A stretch of 64,000 nucleotides of DNA from positions 96,001 to 160,000 of IMG/VR virus record IMGVR_UViG_3300021142_002226; one strand, written 5' to 3'. The notes beneath the pieces were generated by a model. It was not told where the DNA came from. It did no database searches and saw only the letters and a program-made list of their open reading frames with translations. The position numbers and the translations under genes are program-made. This document shows positions 19,812 to 30,133 of this stretch, piece after piece. The first letter of the stretch is position 1. Each line of letters begins with the position of its first letter. This DNA is from a virus.

Positions 19812-20873
19812 ATGGCTAAAAAACAAGAAGTTCTACAAAATATTGATTCGTCAATAGAAAAAATTAAGAACAAAGAACAAAAAATAATTTTCTTAATACC
19901 AGATACAAAAGGTAATGCGAGAGCAAGTGTTAGTGTTTTGTATAGACAAGCTATGTCTCTTAAAAATTTAGGTTATAGTGTTGCAATGCTAAACGAAAAG
20001 AAAGACTCTATAAATGCATCAACATGGTTGGGTTCTGAGTATGATACTTTGGATCATTTTTCAATTGAAGAAAATAATCTAACAATGGGGCCTCAAGACT
20101 TCTTAATAGTACCAGAAATTTTTGGTAATGTTTTTGAACAACTTGAAAAATTACCGATGGAAAAGATTTTATTTGTACAATCATTTGAATATATGTTAGA
20201 CGCATATGCACCAGGTAAAAGTTTTATTGATTTTGGTGTAACTGAATGTATGACAACAAGTGATACACTTTCTAAATTGATTACAGATGTTTTACCTTTA
20301 AATACGGTACAAGTTATACCAATTGGTATTCCTGACCTTTTTAAACCAACAGAAAATCTTACAAAACCTATTGTAGCAATACATTGTAGAGATGCGAGAA
20401 AAGCTGCTAAAATTATTAAAACTTTTTATTTGAAATACCCAATCTACAGATTCGTATCATTCAAAGATATGCATACTATGACCGAGGTTGATTTCGCTAA
20501 TAACCTTAAAGATTGTTGTTTGTCTATATGGGTTGATGATGATTCATCATTTGGAACTTTCCCAGTTGAATCAATCAAATGTAATGTTCCAGTTATAGGT
20601 AAAGTACCAAACATTATAGGTGAGTGGATGGATGATAATAATGGTATGTGGGTTTACGATGAGAATCAGATTGTTGATTTAACCTCTGCATATGTTAAAA
20701 ATTGGTTGGAAGATAATATTCCTGAAAATTTACAAAACGTATCAACAACTCTTGATGGAAAATATGGTATGGTTGAATTTGAAGAAAAAACTAAGCTGGT
20801 TTATGAATATTATTTCCAAAACAGAATTGACAAGTTGGAAAAAATAAAAGAGGATTATATGAAAACAGCTTAA
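19812..20873 (+). CDS. GT-B glycosyltransferase-like protein
   Basis: LIVPE, VIPIGI...F, SFGTFPVESIKCNVPVIG (ExxxC.P donor-binding motif). Confidence 0.7.
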   Translation: MAKKQEVLQNIDSSIEKIKNKEQKIIFLIPDTKGNARASVSVLYRQAMSLKNLGYSVAMLNEKKDSINASTWLGSEYDTLDHFSIEENNLTMGPQDFLIVPEIFGNVFEQLEKLPMEKILFVQSFEYMLDAYAPGKSFIDFGVTECMTTSDTLSKLITDVLPLNTVQVIPIGIPDLFKPTENLTKPIVAIHCRDARKAAKIIKTFYLKYPIYRFVSFKDMHTMTEVDFANNLKDCCLSIWVDDDSSFGTFPVESIKCNVPVIGKVPNIIGEWMDDNNGMWVYDENQIVDLTSAYVKNWLEDNIPENLQNVSTTLDGKYGMVEFEEKTKLVYEYYFQNRIDKLEKIKEDYMKTA

Positions 20874-20874
20874 T

Positions 20875-21576
20875 ATGGATAAATTAATAGAAATATTAAA
20901 AATTATTGGGGGTGACGATTACACAAAACCTCTACCTAATTTATTAAGTTTACCTGAAGAAACACGTTCTCAAATTTTAATAGAATTAAAAAAACTACCA
21001 CAATTTGAAGATACAAAAAATTTTATTTTTTTGGATAGTCCAATTATTATCAAAGATGGTGAAGCGTCAAGCGTACCGACTATGGTTTTAATGAGTCAAG
21101 AACAATTTGATAAAGAAAGTAGTACTCTCAAAATGGAAATGAAATGGAAAGTTATTGATGGTGACAAAGTTGAATTATATCCTTCAACAATGAAATCTGA
21201 AATTTTAATGATGAATGAAACAGTTAAAATTTATTCCATAGGTCTTACCCCAACAACATATACTCCAATTGATGCTCATGAATATGAAGATGTATTGGTT
21301 ACACCATCATTATATGACCCAACTAATTTTGAACCTTTCAGGGAAATCAGGTTGAAATTTTCACCAGAAAAACGTCAAGATATAGCCGCAAAAACAAGTA
21401 CAGAAGATGAGATCGAAAGTTTCAAAAAAGAAATGTATGAAAAATTGGACAAGGCTATAGAAATTTTACTAACTAAGGGTACAAATTATAAACAAAATAA
21501 AAACATTATTGTAAGAATATCTGATGATTCATACGCAAAAAAAACTATAAAACAAAGAGAATTTAAAACTATATAA
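20875..21576 (+). CDS. Hypothetical protein
   Basis: 233-aa ORF within the operon. Confidence 0.55.
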   Translation: MDKLIEILKIIGGDDYTKPLPNLLSLPEETRSQILIELKKLPQFEDTKNFIFLDSPIIIKDGEASSVPTMVLMSQEQFDKESSTLKMEMKWKVIDGDKVELYPSTMKSEILMMNETVKIYSIGLTPTTYTPIDAHEYEDVLVTPSLYDPTNFEPFREIRLKFSPEKRQDIAAKTSTEDEIESFKKEMYEKLDKAIEILLTKGTNYKQNKNIIVRISDDSYAKKTIKQREFKTI

Positions 21577-21577
21577 T

Positions 21578-22423
21578 ATGGCAGAAAATACTAAAACACT
21601 TGACATTACCGTAATTATACCAATACATTCGGTAGCAAATGAAAAAACTGGTGAATACCTTGATATTGCTTTGAATAGCATATCTGTTAATGAAGTAAAA
21701 CCTAAAGAAGTTTTGATTGTTAGATGCGGCTGCGGAGATGTGAGAGAATTTTTGAATGAGTTTGACCTCACCAAATATAACTTGAACGCTCGTGTAATCG
21801 AAAACATAACTGGTAAATCATTCCAGAATCAAATGAATTACGCTGTATCTCAGGTTACAACCGAATATTTCAGCTTACTTGAATTTGATGATGAGTATGC
21901 TTCGAATTGGTTCAAAAATGTTGGTAAATACATGGAGAAAAACCCTGATATCGATATGTTCCTACCTATCGTATCTGATGTTGATCAAAATAATAAATTT
22001 TTGATGATGACAAATGAAGCTGCGTGGGCATATAATTTCTCAGAAGAAATGGGTGTTATTGATAACGAAACTTTAATGAACTTCCCTAATATCAATATTG
22101 ATGGTATGGTTACAAAGAAAGAATCATATTTAGCAGCTGGTGGTATAAAACCTTCAATAAAATTAAGTTTCAATTACGAATTTCTTTTAAGATTTACAAA
22201 GAATGGTTATAAAATCATGGTTGTGCCAAAAATTGGTTACAAACATGTGAACATGAGGACAGATTCTCTGTTTTGGAATTATAAAAATGATCCAGTTGAA
22301 AAAATTTCACCAGATGAAGCGAAATTTTGGATGGAATTAGCGCAAAAAGAATATTACTACAAACAAGATAGAAATGTTATCTATGCGCCAACAACACAAG
22401 ACACAGAAGTAAGTAATGGTTAA
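21578..22423 (+). CDS. Family 2 glycosyltransferase
   Basis: ITVIIPIH, TEYFSLLEFDD, NIDG, YEFLLR. Confidence 0.8.
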   Translation: MAENTKTLDITVIIPIHSVANEKTGEYLDIALNSISVNEVKPKEVLIVRCGCGDVREFLNEFDLTKYNLNARVIENITGKSFQNQMNYAVSQVTTEYFSLLEFDDEYASNWFKNVGKYMEKNPDIDMFLPIVSDVDQNNKFLMMTNEAAWAYNFSEEMGVIDNETLMNFPNINIDGMVTKKESYLAAGGIKPSIKLSFNYEFLLRFTKNGYKIMVVPKIGYKHVNMRTDSLFWNYKNDPVEKISPDEAKFWMELAQKEYYYKQDRNVIYAPTTQDTEVSNG

Positions 22424-23123
22424 TAAAAAAAACAAGAACTATTATGATATCGACCAAGAACAGGCCGTTTTATTATTCTTAAAATCAAAATCTAATGAAG
22501 AAAGAACTAAAATCTATAGAGAACATCTCCAGGATCCAATCAATAAAATGATTGAAATTATCATCAGAAGATATAAACTGGAAAGAAAATCTGAAAATTT
22601 TCCTGATATTCATGCTGACGCTTTATCATTTTTGATGACCAAATTTGATAAATTCAAACCAGAGAGAAACAAAAAATCGTACTCATATTTTGGAACGATT
22701 TGCAGAAATTACCTAAAAGGTGAATTGATTAAAGAATATAAAAAAAATAGGTTACATAAAGATATCGAAACAGCTGAGAGTGAATTACTTGAGAGAGCTG
22801 ACCAAAAATACAGAATTGATGATGACGGATTTAACACCAGCGTTTTTCTCGAAAAATTGATGGATAAGTTAAAAGAAGAGATAAATTCTGAAAATTTGAA
22901 CGATAATGAGTTCAAAGTAGGCCATTCATTAATTAAAATTTTAGAGGATTGGGAAGAACTTTTTGCTGATGCCAGTAACAAAAGTCACACTAAATTCAAT
23001 AAAAATCTAATATTGCTATATATTAGAAATATGACTGGACTATCAACAAAAGAGATAAGAAACAGCATGAAAAGGTTCAAAACTCTTTATTTTATTTTCA
23101 AAAACGATTTTATAGAAGAGTAA
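22416..23123 (+). CDS. Sigma-factor-like protein (T4 gp55-like late sigma candidate)
   Basis: DIHADALSFLMTKFDKFKPERNKKSYSYFGTICRNYL resembles sigma region 2 / gp55 FDP...FxYFT. Confidence 0.65.
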   Translation: MVNKKNKNYYDIDQEQAVLLFLKSKSNEERTKIYREHLQDPINKMIEIIIRRYKLERKSENFPDIHADALSFLMTKFDKFKPERNKKSYSYFGTICRNYLKGELIKEYKKNRLHKDIETAESELLERADQKYRIDDDGFNTSVFLEKLMDKLKEEINSENLNDNEFKVGHSLIKILEDWEELFADASNKSHTKFNKNLILLYIRNMTGLSTKEIRNSMKRFKTLYFIFKNDFIEE

Positions 23124-23142
23124 TATTTATATTAAAAGAGCT

Positions 23143-23523
23143 ATGAACATGATTAACAGAAAGAAAAAGGTAGATATCAGTGAGGATTCATTGAAAGATC
23201 TTATGCAAGAAACTTATAATGAGATTGTTGATGAAAGAAATAGAGCTTTAAGCGCTTATAAGAAGTTCACAAAGGATATTAATGAGAATACTGACATAGC
23301 CTTGGTTGGTAAGATAACTAACGAACTTCTTAAAATAATGGATGCTGCCACTGAGAAAAAACTTAGATTAATCAAACTACAAGGCGATTATCTATATAAA
23401 AATGGTAAACCTTCTGATTCTACTTCTTCTGATTTTGGCCTTAGTGATGATGACAAAAAATGGATTCAATCACAGGTTAAAAACGGTAGTGTTGAAGAAA
23501 ATACAAAAGAATATGATGAATAA
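23143..23523 (+). CDS. Hypothetical late protein
   Basis: TATTTATA at 23124; coiled-coil character. Confidence 0.55.
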   Translation: MNMINRKKKVDISEDSLKDLMQETYNEIVDERNRALSAYKKFTKDINENTDIALVGKITNELLKIMDAATEKKLRLIKLQGDYLYKNGKPSDSTSSDFGLSDDDKKWIQSQVKNGSVEENTKEYDE

Positions 23524-25484
23524 TGGGTGCACAAAGTGAAATATTTGCAAGATATCGTTCATTATACGATGATTCGGTAATACAACCAACAGAAAGTCCA
23601 ACAAGTAAGAAAATTGACAACCTTAGCTTTGTCGATTTTTTGTTTGAGATAATCAAATCAACCAAAGGTCAAACTCAATTCAAAGATTTGATATTGAAGG
23701 GTTGTATGAGCGAATTAAAAAAAGGTGATGAGATTAATAAAGAAATAATTAATATTTTAATCCAAGATTTTGGTTGTAATAGCAATTTGTTAATTCCCAC
23801 AAATCTTACTGAATTATCTGTTAATGGTATTGAGTTGTCAAAAACGGAAATAGATTTGTTTGGTCTACTTAGTTTAGACCCTAATCAATCTCCAGGTAAA
23901 TATCTTTATGAAGGAAATGACATAACTAAACATGTAAATTTCTTTTTATATAAAGGACAAACTACAAACGAGAATTCACCAATATCTTTTAAATATAATA
24001 ATAACACTTTGTTCACAATATATGCAGAAGATAGTTCAACATTTGTTTTTAAATTTGGTAGTTTTTACAAGAATAAATTGTTTGGTGTATGGTTGGAAGA
24101 CTATTTAACAGCAATTTCACCAATATTTAATTTTGCTTTATTTTTATCAACAATCACAGATTTAGTAACTGGTGCCTTATCATTTGGTAGTTCCAAAACC
24201 GAAATACAATTAAGTCAACAAAATAGCATACTTGCGGCATTACAAAAGATTTTTGGGTTTTGTAGTGAATCAAATACTGGAAATAATAATACGAACGGAT
24301 CTCCTACAGGTTATCTTAATAATCAAAACGGTAATTTAAGTAATTCAAATAATGACGGTGCCATAACAACAAATTTTGGTGATACACAAACAAATGATTT
24401 GAATAATGGTGATACAACAGATTATTTTGCATTTGATGCACCAACACTTGATGAAATTAATACGCAAGCACAATTACAATCTGATAATTTAGTAAGATTT
24501 TCAACTTGTGATAACTTAGATGTTCCAGTTGATTCAGCGGCTGTTATCAATGCATTAGATAGCTTGTTCAACATTTCAAAAAATGATACACAAATTGTTG
24601 ATTACACTAAAGGTAATTCAGCATTATCTGATCCATCTTTAAAATTACCAGTTAATGCTGATCCAACAGCATACGATAACACAAATGTTAAACCAAATGT
24701 TGACCAGGCTACAGAATTGTTATCATCATCTATAAGTCAAGGATTAACAGATTTATTAAATGGTGGTGAAATTACTTTACAGGTAGATTTACCAAATATA
24801 AATGCTGAGTTTCAATTAAACATTTTAAAATCAATACCATATGCAGCAATGCAAATGATGCTTTCACCTAAACTATTACTTATACCTAAATTGTATGGTT
24901 ATTTATCTGGTGATACGTCAACAAAAGCTTCAACTGAAGTTGTTAATCAATTGTCTGTTATTATTGCAAAAATTGGGGAAGTAATTGTAAAACTTATTAT
25001 TGACAACATATTCAATTCGATCAAAAATGATTTGATCAATCTCGCTAAAAATCTTGCGTTGAATTATTTAAAACAAAGAGGTATAGATTATTTAGCTTGT
25101 CTTTCATCATTACTCGGTTTACTTGGTATATTTAACGGTTTTAGTAGTAACTGTACAAGTATCCTTGACCAGTTATTAAAGATTTTAAAATTGGCAAATC
25201 TGGCAACACCAATGCCACCAATTCCTCCACCGTTGATTCTTGTTGCAGGAGCTTTGAAACCTGGTATGAACCATGTTGCACTTATGGGTGATATAAAATC
25301 TGCTTTAGAACAAAAAGGAATTGTGACCGCACCAACTTTACCAGACGGCTCACCAAATAATATGATGATTGCTATTGAAGAAACCATGAAAGCAACCATA
25401 ACACACATAAAAACAAATGCTAATATTTCAGTTGCCGTTTCTGGTAGCCCAGTATTACAATTTGGTTACGGTCAAATTCAATAA
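23523..25484 (+). CDS. Putative virion/baseplate protein
   Basis: 653-aa ORF in the late operon upstream of the spike-like gene. Confidence 0.45.
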   Translation: MGAQSEIFARYRSLYDDSVIQPTESPTSKKIDNLSFVDFLFEIIKSTKGQTQFKDLILKGCMSELKKGDEINKEIINILIQDFGCNSNLLIPTNLTELSVNGIELSKTEIDLFGLLSLDPNQSPGKYLYEGNDITKHVNFFLYKGQTTNENSPISFKYNNNTLFTIYAEDSSTFVFKFGSFYKNKLFGVWLEDYLTAISPIFNFALFLSTITDLVTGALSFGSSKTEIQLSQQNSILAALQKIFGFCSESNTGNNNTNGSPTGYLNNQNGNLSNSNNDGAITTNFGDTQTNDLNNGDTTDYFAFDAPTLDEINTQAQLQSDNLVRFSTCDNLDVPVDSAAVINALDSLFNISKNDTQIVDYTKGNSALSDPSLKLPVNADPTAYDNTNVKPNVDQATELLSSSISQGLTDLLNGGEITLQVDLPNINAEFQLNILKSIPYAAMQMMLSPKLLLIPKLYGYLSGDTSTKASTEVVNQLSVIIAKIGEVIVKLIIDNIFNSIKNDLINLAKNLALNYLKQRGIDYLACLSSLLGLLGIFNGFSSNCTSILDQLLKILKLANLATPMPPIPPPLILVAGALKPGMNHVALMGDIKSALEQKGIVTAPTLPDGSPNNMMIAIEETMKATITHIKTNANISVAVSGSPVLQFGYGQIQ

Positions 25485-25486
25485 AT

Positions 25487-25699
25487 ATGAAAAATAAAAT
25501 ATTGGAAGAAATTTGTAAAACATATAAAGATAAATCTAACAAAGACTTATCTAAAATTGCTGTTAATTTGAATAATGACTTTAATGTTATGAAAGAAACA
25601 TTATTAGAATTAACGATTGCTTTAGGTGAGATTGAGGAAACTTATGATAAGGTTTATAATGAGTTACAAAAACGTTTAAAATTTAAGGATAATGGCTAA
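25487..25699 (+). CDS. Small coiled-coil protein
   Basis: 70-aa coupled ORF. Confidence 0.55.
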   Translation: MKNKILEEICKTYKDKSNKDLSKIAVNLNNDFNVMKETLLELTIALGEIEETYDKVYNELQKRLKFKDNG

Positions 25700-27317
25700 T
25701 ATTGAAGTATTATATGGTGTATGTGTTTTTAATGATGATCCTGATAATTCAGAAAGGATCCGTTTTTATGATGTTTCTTTATTAGAAAATGCAACAAGAA
25801 CAGTTAAAGATATTGAAGCTATAATAGGTACTAATGATAATACTAATACCTATTTACCGTGGAGATATTCCACAGGAAACAAAAAAACAGATCCATATCT
25901 GTCAGAACCCTTTTTACCAAAATTTTTCAATATTGTACCAAATCCTGGCCAATTAGTTAAACTAATCAAATACAATACACAACCTGAAAAATATGAATAT
26001 GTTGGACCTATCACAACGGATATAATACAATCAAAGCAAGGTTATTACATGGGACTTCAAAAGTCCAGACCAAATAATAATGGCGCATCTGGTATTGTTC
26101 CAGACCCTTCTAAATTTACAATAAACGGTAAAGATAATGAACAAATTATACTTGGTGGTAATAGTATAATACAAAGATTAGATTATTTTACATCACAAAA
26201 ACAAAAAAAAGATAATTATCCTTTTATACAATTTGTTGAATTTCCTTCAAAATCAACTATTGATACTGTAACAAGTACACAAGTAAAAGAAATAGATTTT
26301 AGTATAGATTTTGTCGTTTCGGTAAAATTTGACTATAAACAAGCAACTTCAGCTGATGATAAAAATCTAACTTGTTATATACAAATTTATGACTCAAAAA
26401 AAATTATTAATCCAAACGGTTTGTCTGGACTAAAAAAATCTATGGTTACCTTCACGGATGGTTTTAGATCTACATTAAATAATCCAGTCATAACTTTTAC
26501 AATAACAACTAAATCTGCTAATAAATTAATCGAAACATTTACTGATGTTTTAACATCAATGAAAAATCAGTTAATATACAAGTACCCTTCAAACTATAAC
26601 ATCGAAGATTTTACCTATACTGATAGCACTCAAAATATTAACATTGTTAATCAATTTGGATTTTTACCCAATGATGGTGGTGCGTTACCAGAAACACCTA
26701 ATACCATAGTAAATAATAATTTTGTTGTTATAGGTGATATTACCCAAGTAGCTTTTACAACATTGAGTCAAGCCACATTAAGCTCAACATACGGTGTTAA
26801 GAATATTTCTGACGATCCTGAATTTCTCACTATAGCAAATTTTGTATCTCAAAGAACTTATGAAAATTTTGTAACCAAATTACAAAATACGTCTAAAGTT
26901 GAAACAACAACATCAGATACTAATAGTTTTCAAAACACAACCGATAGTGTACATATACAACATGTAGATAAAATATTACTTTATTCTACAGAGAATGATA
27001 TACCACTTGTGGAAAAAACAGCGTCAGTAGACGGCACAACACAACAAAAAATTGCTGAAATATTCAAAAATTCTGGCTCACAAGAAGAAAGATTCAAATT
27101 AGCATCCCCAGCAGTTCGAGGTGACAAATTATTAAATATTTTAATACGTCTAATTGGTTTATTATTAAATCATGGTCACGTTGCTGGTGTTAATGTATCC
27201 GATTCTTTAGATGAAACATCAAGGCAAGAATTGGCAAGCATAATACAAGACCTACAAAAAGATTTACAGGACGATAAAAATAGTGTAACTCTTAACCATT
27301 ATATACGATTAAATTAA
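25692..27317 (+). CDS. Baseplate hub/spike protein (gp5/VgrG-like N-terminal OB domain)
   Basis: DDPDNSERIRF...PFLPKFFNIVPNPGQLV; C-terminal RGDKLLNIL...NHGH. Confidence 0.55.
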   Translation: MANIEVLYGVCVFNDDPDNSERIRFYDVSLLENATRTVKDIEAIIGTNDNTNTYLPWRYSTGNKKTDPYLSEPFLPKFFNIVPNPGQLVKLIKYNTQPEKYEYVGPITTDIIQSKQGYYMGLQKSRPNNNGASGIVPDPSKFTINGKDNEQIILGGNSIIQRLDYFTSQKQKKDNYPFIQFVEFPSKSTIDTVTSTQVKEIDFSIDFVVSVKFDYKQATSADDKNLTCYIQIYDSKKIINPNGLSGLKKSMVTFTDGFRSTLNNPVITFTITTKSANKLIETFTDVLTSMKNQLIYKYPSNYNIEDFTYTDSTQNINIVNQFGFLPNDGGALPETPNTIVNNNFVVIGDITQVAFTTLSQATLSSTYGVKNISDDPEFLTIANFVSQRTYENFVTKLQNTSKVETTTSDTNSFQNTTDSVHIQHVDKILLYSTENDIPLVEKTASVDGTTQQKIAEIFKNSGSQEERFKLASPAVRGDKLLNILIRLIGLLLNHGHVAGVNVSDSLDETSRQELASIIQDLQKDLQDDKNSVTLNHYIRLN

Positions 27318-27330
27318 ACTATTTATCAAT

Positions 27331-28722
27331 ATGGGTATTTATAGAACATATTTTGATAAAAATAATACGATTGTTAAGAATAGTTATGTAAACACGGCTA
27401 AAAACCCTGTTTCAGAACTATATTGCGGCGCAAATATTAGTCGATTTCTTTTCTTTTGTAATTTTTCTGAGCTATCGAGCATGGCTGCCGATAAGAGTGT
27501 AATTTTAGATAGTAACACAAGACATATATTAAAAATTAAAAATACATCTGATTTTGATGTAAAAGATTATCTCAATATTGATAATAATCTTGCTATTGGT
27601 GATGGTGAAAGAGCAACATCAATAGATCTGGAGCTCAGACCAATGACACAATTTTGGGATGAGGGTACAGGTTATGATTTTAATCCAGTATTACTTCTGG
27701 GTGATCAAAGTTTTAAATCCGAAGCATCTAATTGGTACCAAGCGACAATAAATAATCGCTTTCATGTTAGTGGTGCAACAGACACCAACATGGTTATTGG
27801 TACACAACATATGGATAACGGAGATGAAAATATTGAGATAGATATTACTAATTATATTAATGCTATTTTGACAACTGGTGTTACGGTTACAACATATACA
27901 GGAGTTTCACACAACTACCAAGGTTTTTGTTTGAAATATACAGATCAAACCGAAAATGCTATGACTGGTATTACAAGAACCCTCGGTTTATATACAAAAT
28001 ATACCCAAACATTTTTCGAACCTTTTATAGAAACTTATTACGATGATTTGATAAAAGATGATCGTGTAAATTTTTACCCAAATAAGGATAATAATTTATT
28101 TTTATATGTTAATGTTAGAGGTAATGCGACTAATTTAGATAGTTTACCTACATGTACCATAAGTGGTATCACATATACGGTACAACAAAAGAATAAAGGT
28201 GTATATTTTGTAACGGTACCAGCTGCAACAAGCAATATGTTCGATACTTATACCCAATATAACGATATTTGGTCTGGTTTGGTTGTAAATGGTGTTAGTT
28301 TACCAAACGTTTCACTTAAATTTATACCGCTGGATAATTCAAGTTATTATCAGATAGGTTCAAACACTTCAGAACCAGTTAAATATGCGGTTTCATTGAG
28401 TGGAATTAAATTTGGGGAAGTTCTTGACCAAGGAAATATTAGAAGAGTTAATGTATTATTGAGAAAGCCATATACCTTAAATGATTACGACTTTGTTGAT
28501 AACGTATTCTATAGATTATATGTAAAACAAGGTAATAATTTGGTAGAAGTATTAGATTGGCAAGAAATAGGTAAGTCTTATGATAGCCATTTTTTTAATA
28601 TTAATACAACTTGGATGATACCACAAACTTATTATATTGACATCAAAACTGTTATAGCTGGCGAAGTGAATATTTATAATGAGGAATTAAAATTCACAGT
28701 TAACAGTAAAATTTTTAATTAA
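27331..28722 (+). CDS. Virion structural protein
   Basis: TATTTAT at 27320; beta-rich 463-aa ORF. Confidence 0.55.
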   Translation: MGIYRTYFDKNNTIVKNSYVNTAKNPVSELYCGANISRFLFFCNFSELSSMAADKSVILDSNTRHILKIKNTSDFDVKDYLNIDNNLAIGDGERATSIDLELRPMTQFWDEGTGYDFNPVLLLGDQSFKSEASNWYQATINNRFHVSGATDTNMVIGTQHMDNGDENIEIDITNYINAILTTGVTVTTYTGVSHNYQGFCLKYTDQTENAMTGITRTLGLYTKYTQTFFEPFIETYYDDLIKDDRVNFYPNKDNNLFLYVNVRGNATNLDSLPTCTISGITYTVQQKNKGVYFVTVPAATSNMFDTYTQYNDIWSGLVVNGVSLPNVSLKFIPLDNSSYYQIGSNTSEPVKYAVSLSGIKFGEVLDQGNIRRVNVLLRKPYTLNDYDFVDNVFYRLYVKQGNNLVEVLDWQEIGKSYDSHFFNINTTWMIPQTYYIDIKTVIAGEVNIYNEELKFTVNSKIFN

Positions 28723-28724
28723 TT

Positions 28725-29120
28725 ATGTATTTAGTTTATATCAACCCATTAGGTAGAAATTACAAAGGTGAATTTATATATGAATTTATTTTTAGTGACT
28801 CAAAAGAAATAGAACTTGGTGAAGATTGGATGGTTAATCCAGCATCAAGTGGTCAACTTACACCACCACCAATTTCTGAAATAAAAAATGTTGAGGTATT
28901 ACAAAACGAAAATATCGAATTAGAATTAGTTATATATTCAGATAATTTTTCTATGCTTGAGGCTGTTGAAAATATCATAGCTTTGGGTTGGGAAAAAGAA
29001 ACACCTGATAATGACACCAGATTAGTGTTTCATTTTGGAGAGGAACAAAGAAGTGTTATAGATAAACTATACGAAAGAGATATAGCCTTCAACAATAAAA
29101 AAACAGTAAAAACAACATAA
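28725..29120 (+). CDS. Hypothetical protein
   Basis: 131-aa coupled ORF. Confidence 0.6.
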   Translation: MYLVYINPLGRNYKGEFIYEFIFSDSKEIELGEDWMVNPASSGQLTPPPISEIKNVEVLQNENIELELVIYSDNFSMLEAVENIIALGWEKETPDNDTRLVFHFGEEQRSVIDKLYERDIAFNNKKTVKTT

Positions 29121-29122
29121 TC

Positions 29123-29962
29123 ATGACAAAACAAGAAATATTAAAAGAGCTTCAATCAAAACAACCAGTTTTAAATTTGAATGCGGTAAATAAACAAAAT
29201 TTGCCAAAAATAACTCAGAGTCTACAAAAAGTTATTCAAGCTCAAGACAATTTAAATAAACAGAACCAAACATTAGTACAGACAGCATCTGGTATGAAAG
29301 GGCAACAATCACAACAGACTTCTGGCGCACCAATATCAGAGGATGATGAAAATACAGGTTCACCGTACCCTGGTACCGTTGACGGTACAGGTGAAAGTCA
29401 TGCCTATGAACCTAAAGGTGTTCCTGAAGCTGGAGTACCTCCAATCGGTGCTGCATCAACACCTATGGGAATGAAAGATATGGCTGCTGATAGCATACCT
29501 GTAATGGAAAATGAGGATGACAGTGAGGAACCAACAAGAAGATATGAAATTGAAGACCATATCAATGACTTATTAAAATCTATGTTTGGTTTTAAATATT
29601 ATTTCGGCTCTGAGCAAGAAGAACCACCAACAATTATTCAAAAGAAAGATATACAAGGTTCATTATTTCCAATGAAACCTGTGGCTAAAGAAGAATACCC
29701 ATATTTTGACAACTTGAGTAATAATAGAAAAAACGAATTATTAAGTGACCGTGAGTTTGTTCAAGTAATGAAACTATTAGATTTTGATAAATTTCCTGAA
29801 GCATTAAACGCTTTGATTCGTATGAAAGAAAAAATGTTATCTGAAAATTTGGTAAATTCTAAAATGTTTAGTATTATTGCTGAAAATGAAATCCCAACAA
29901 TATCAAAAGGTGATTTTATATCATATTTAAAATCAAAGAAAGATGAAAAATTTAACAGCTAA
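29123..29962 (+). CDS. Hypothetical acidic head-region protein
   Basis: 279-aa coupled ORF. Confidence 0.55.
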   Translation: MTKQEILKELQSKQPVLNLNAVNKQNLPKITQSLQKVIQAQDNLNKQNQTLVQTASGMKGQQSQQTSGAPISEDDENTGSPYPGTVDGTGESHAYEPKGVPEAGVPPIGAASTPMGMKDMAADSIPVMENEDDSEEPTRRYEIEDHINDLLKSMFGFKYYFGSEQEEPPTIIQKKDIQGSLFPMKPVAKEEYPYFDNLSNNRKNELLSDREFVQVMKLLDFDKFPEALNALIRMKEKMLSENLVNSKMFSIIAENEIPTISKGDFISYLKSKKDEKFNS

Positions 29963-30068
29963 CGCTCCGATTACTACACCAACAATTACTCCCACGATCA
30001 CACCAACACAAGATCCGAGTAAGATTAACATTGAAAAACCAAGTGTTGACCCAGCTCCAAAAGCTTAA
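29943..30068 (+). CDS. 41-aa Pro/Thr-rich peptide (not in the ORF track)
   Basis: Manual translation MKNLTANAPITTPTITPTITPTQDPSKINIEKPSVDPAPKA; fills the gap before a terminator. Confidence 0.5.
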   Translation: MKNLTANAPITTPTITPTITPTQDPSKINIEKPSVDPAPKA

Positions 30069-30073
30069 AAATA

Positions 30074-30105
30074 TTTGGTTTTTCCAAAATTATTTATTAA
30101 ATTTG
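30074..30105 (+). promoter_or_regulatory. Bacteroidetes-type promoter
   Basis: TTTG(30074)-N20-TAAATTTG(30098-30105). Confidence 0.6.
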
Positions 30106-30133
30106 CCTTGTCTAATAAAACAAGGCTTTTTTT
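30105..30133 (+). terminator. Intrinsic terminator
   Basis: gccttgt-ctaataaa-acaaggc followed by T7. Confidence 0.6.
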
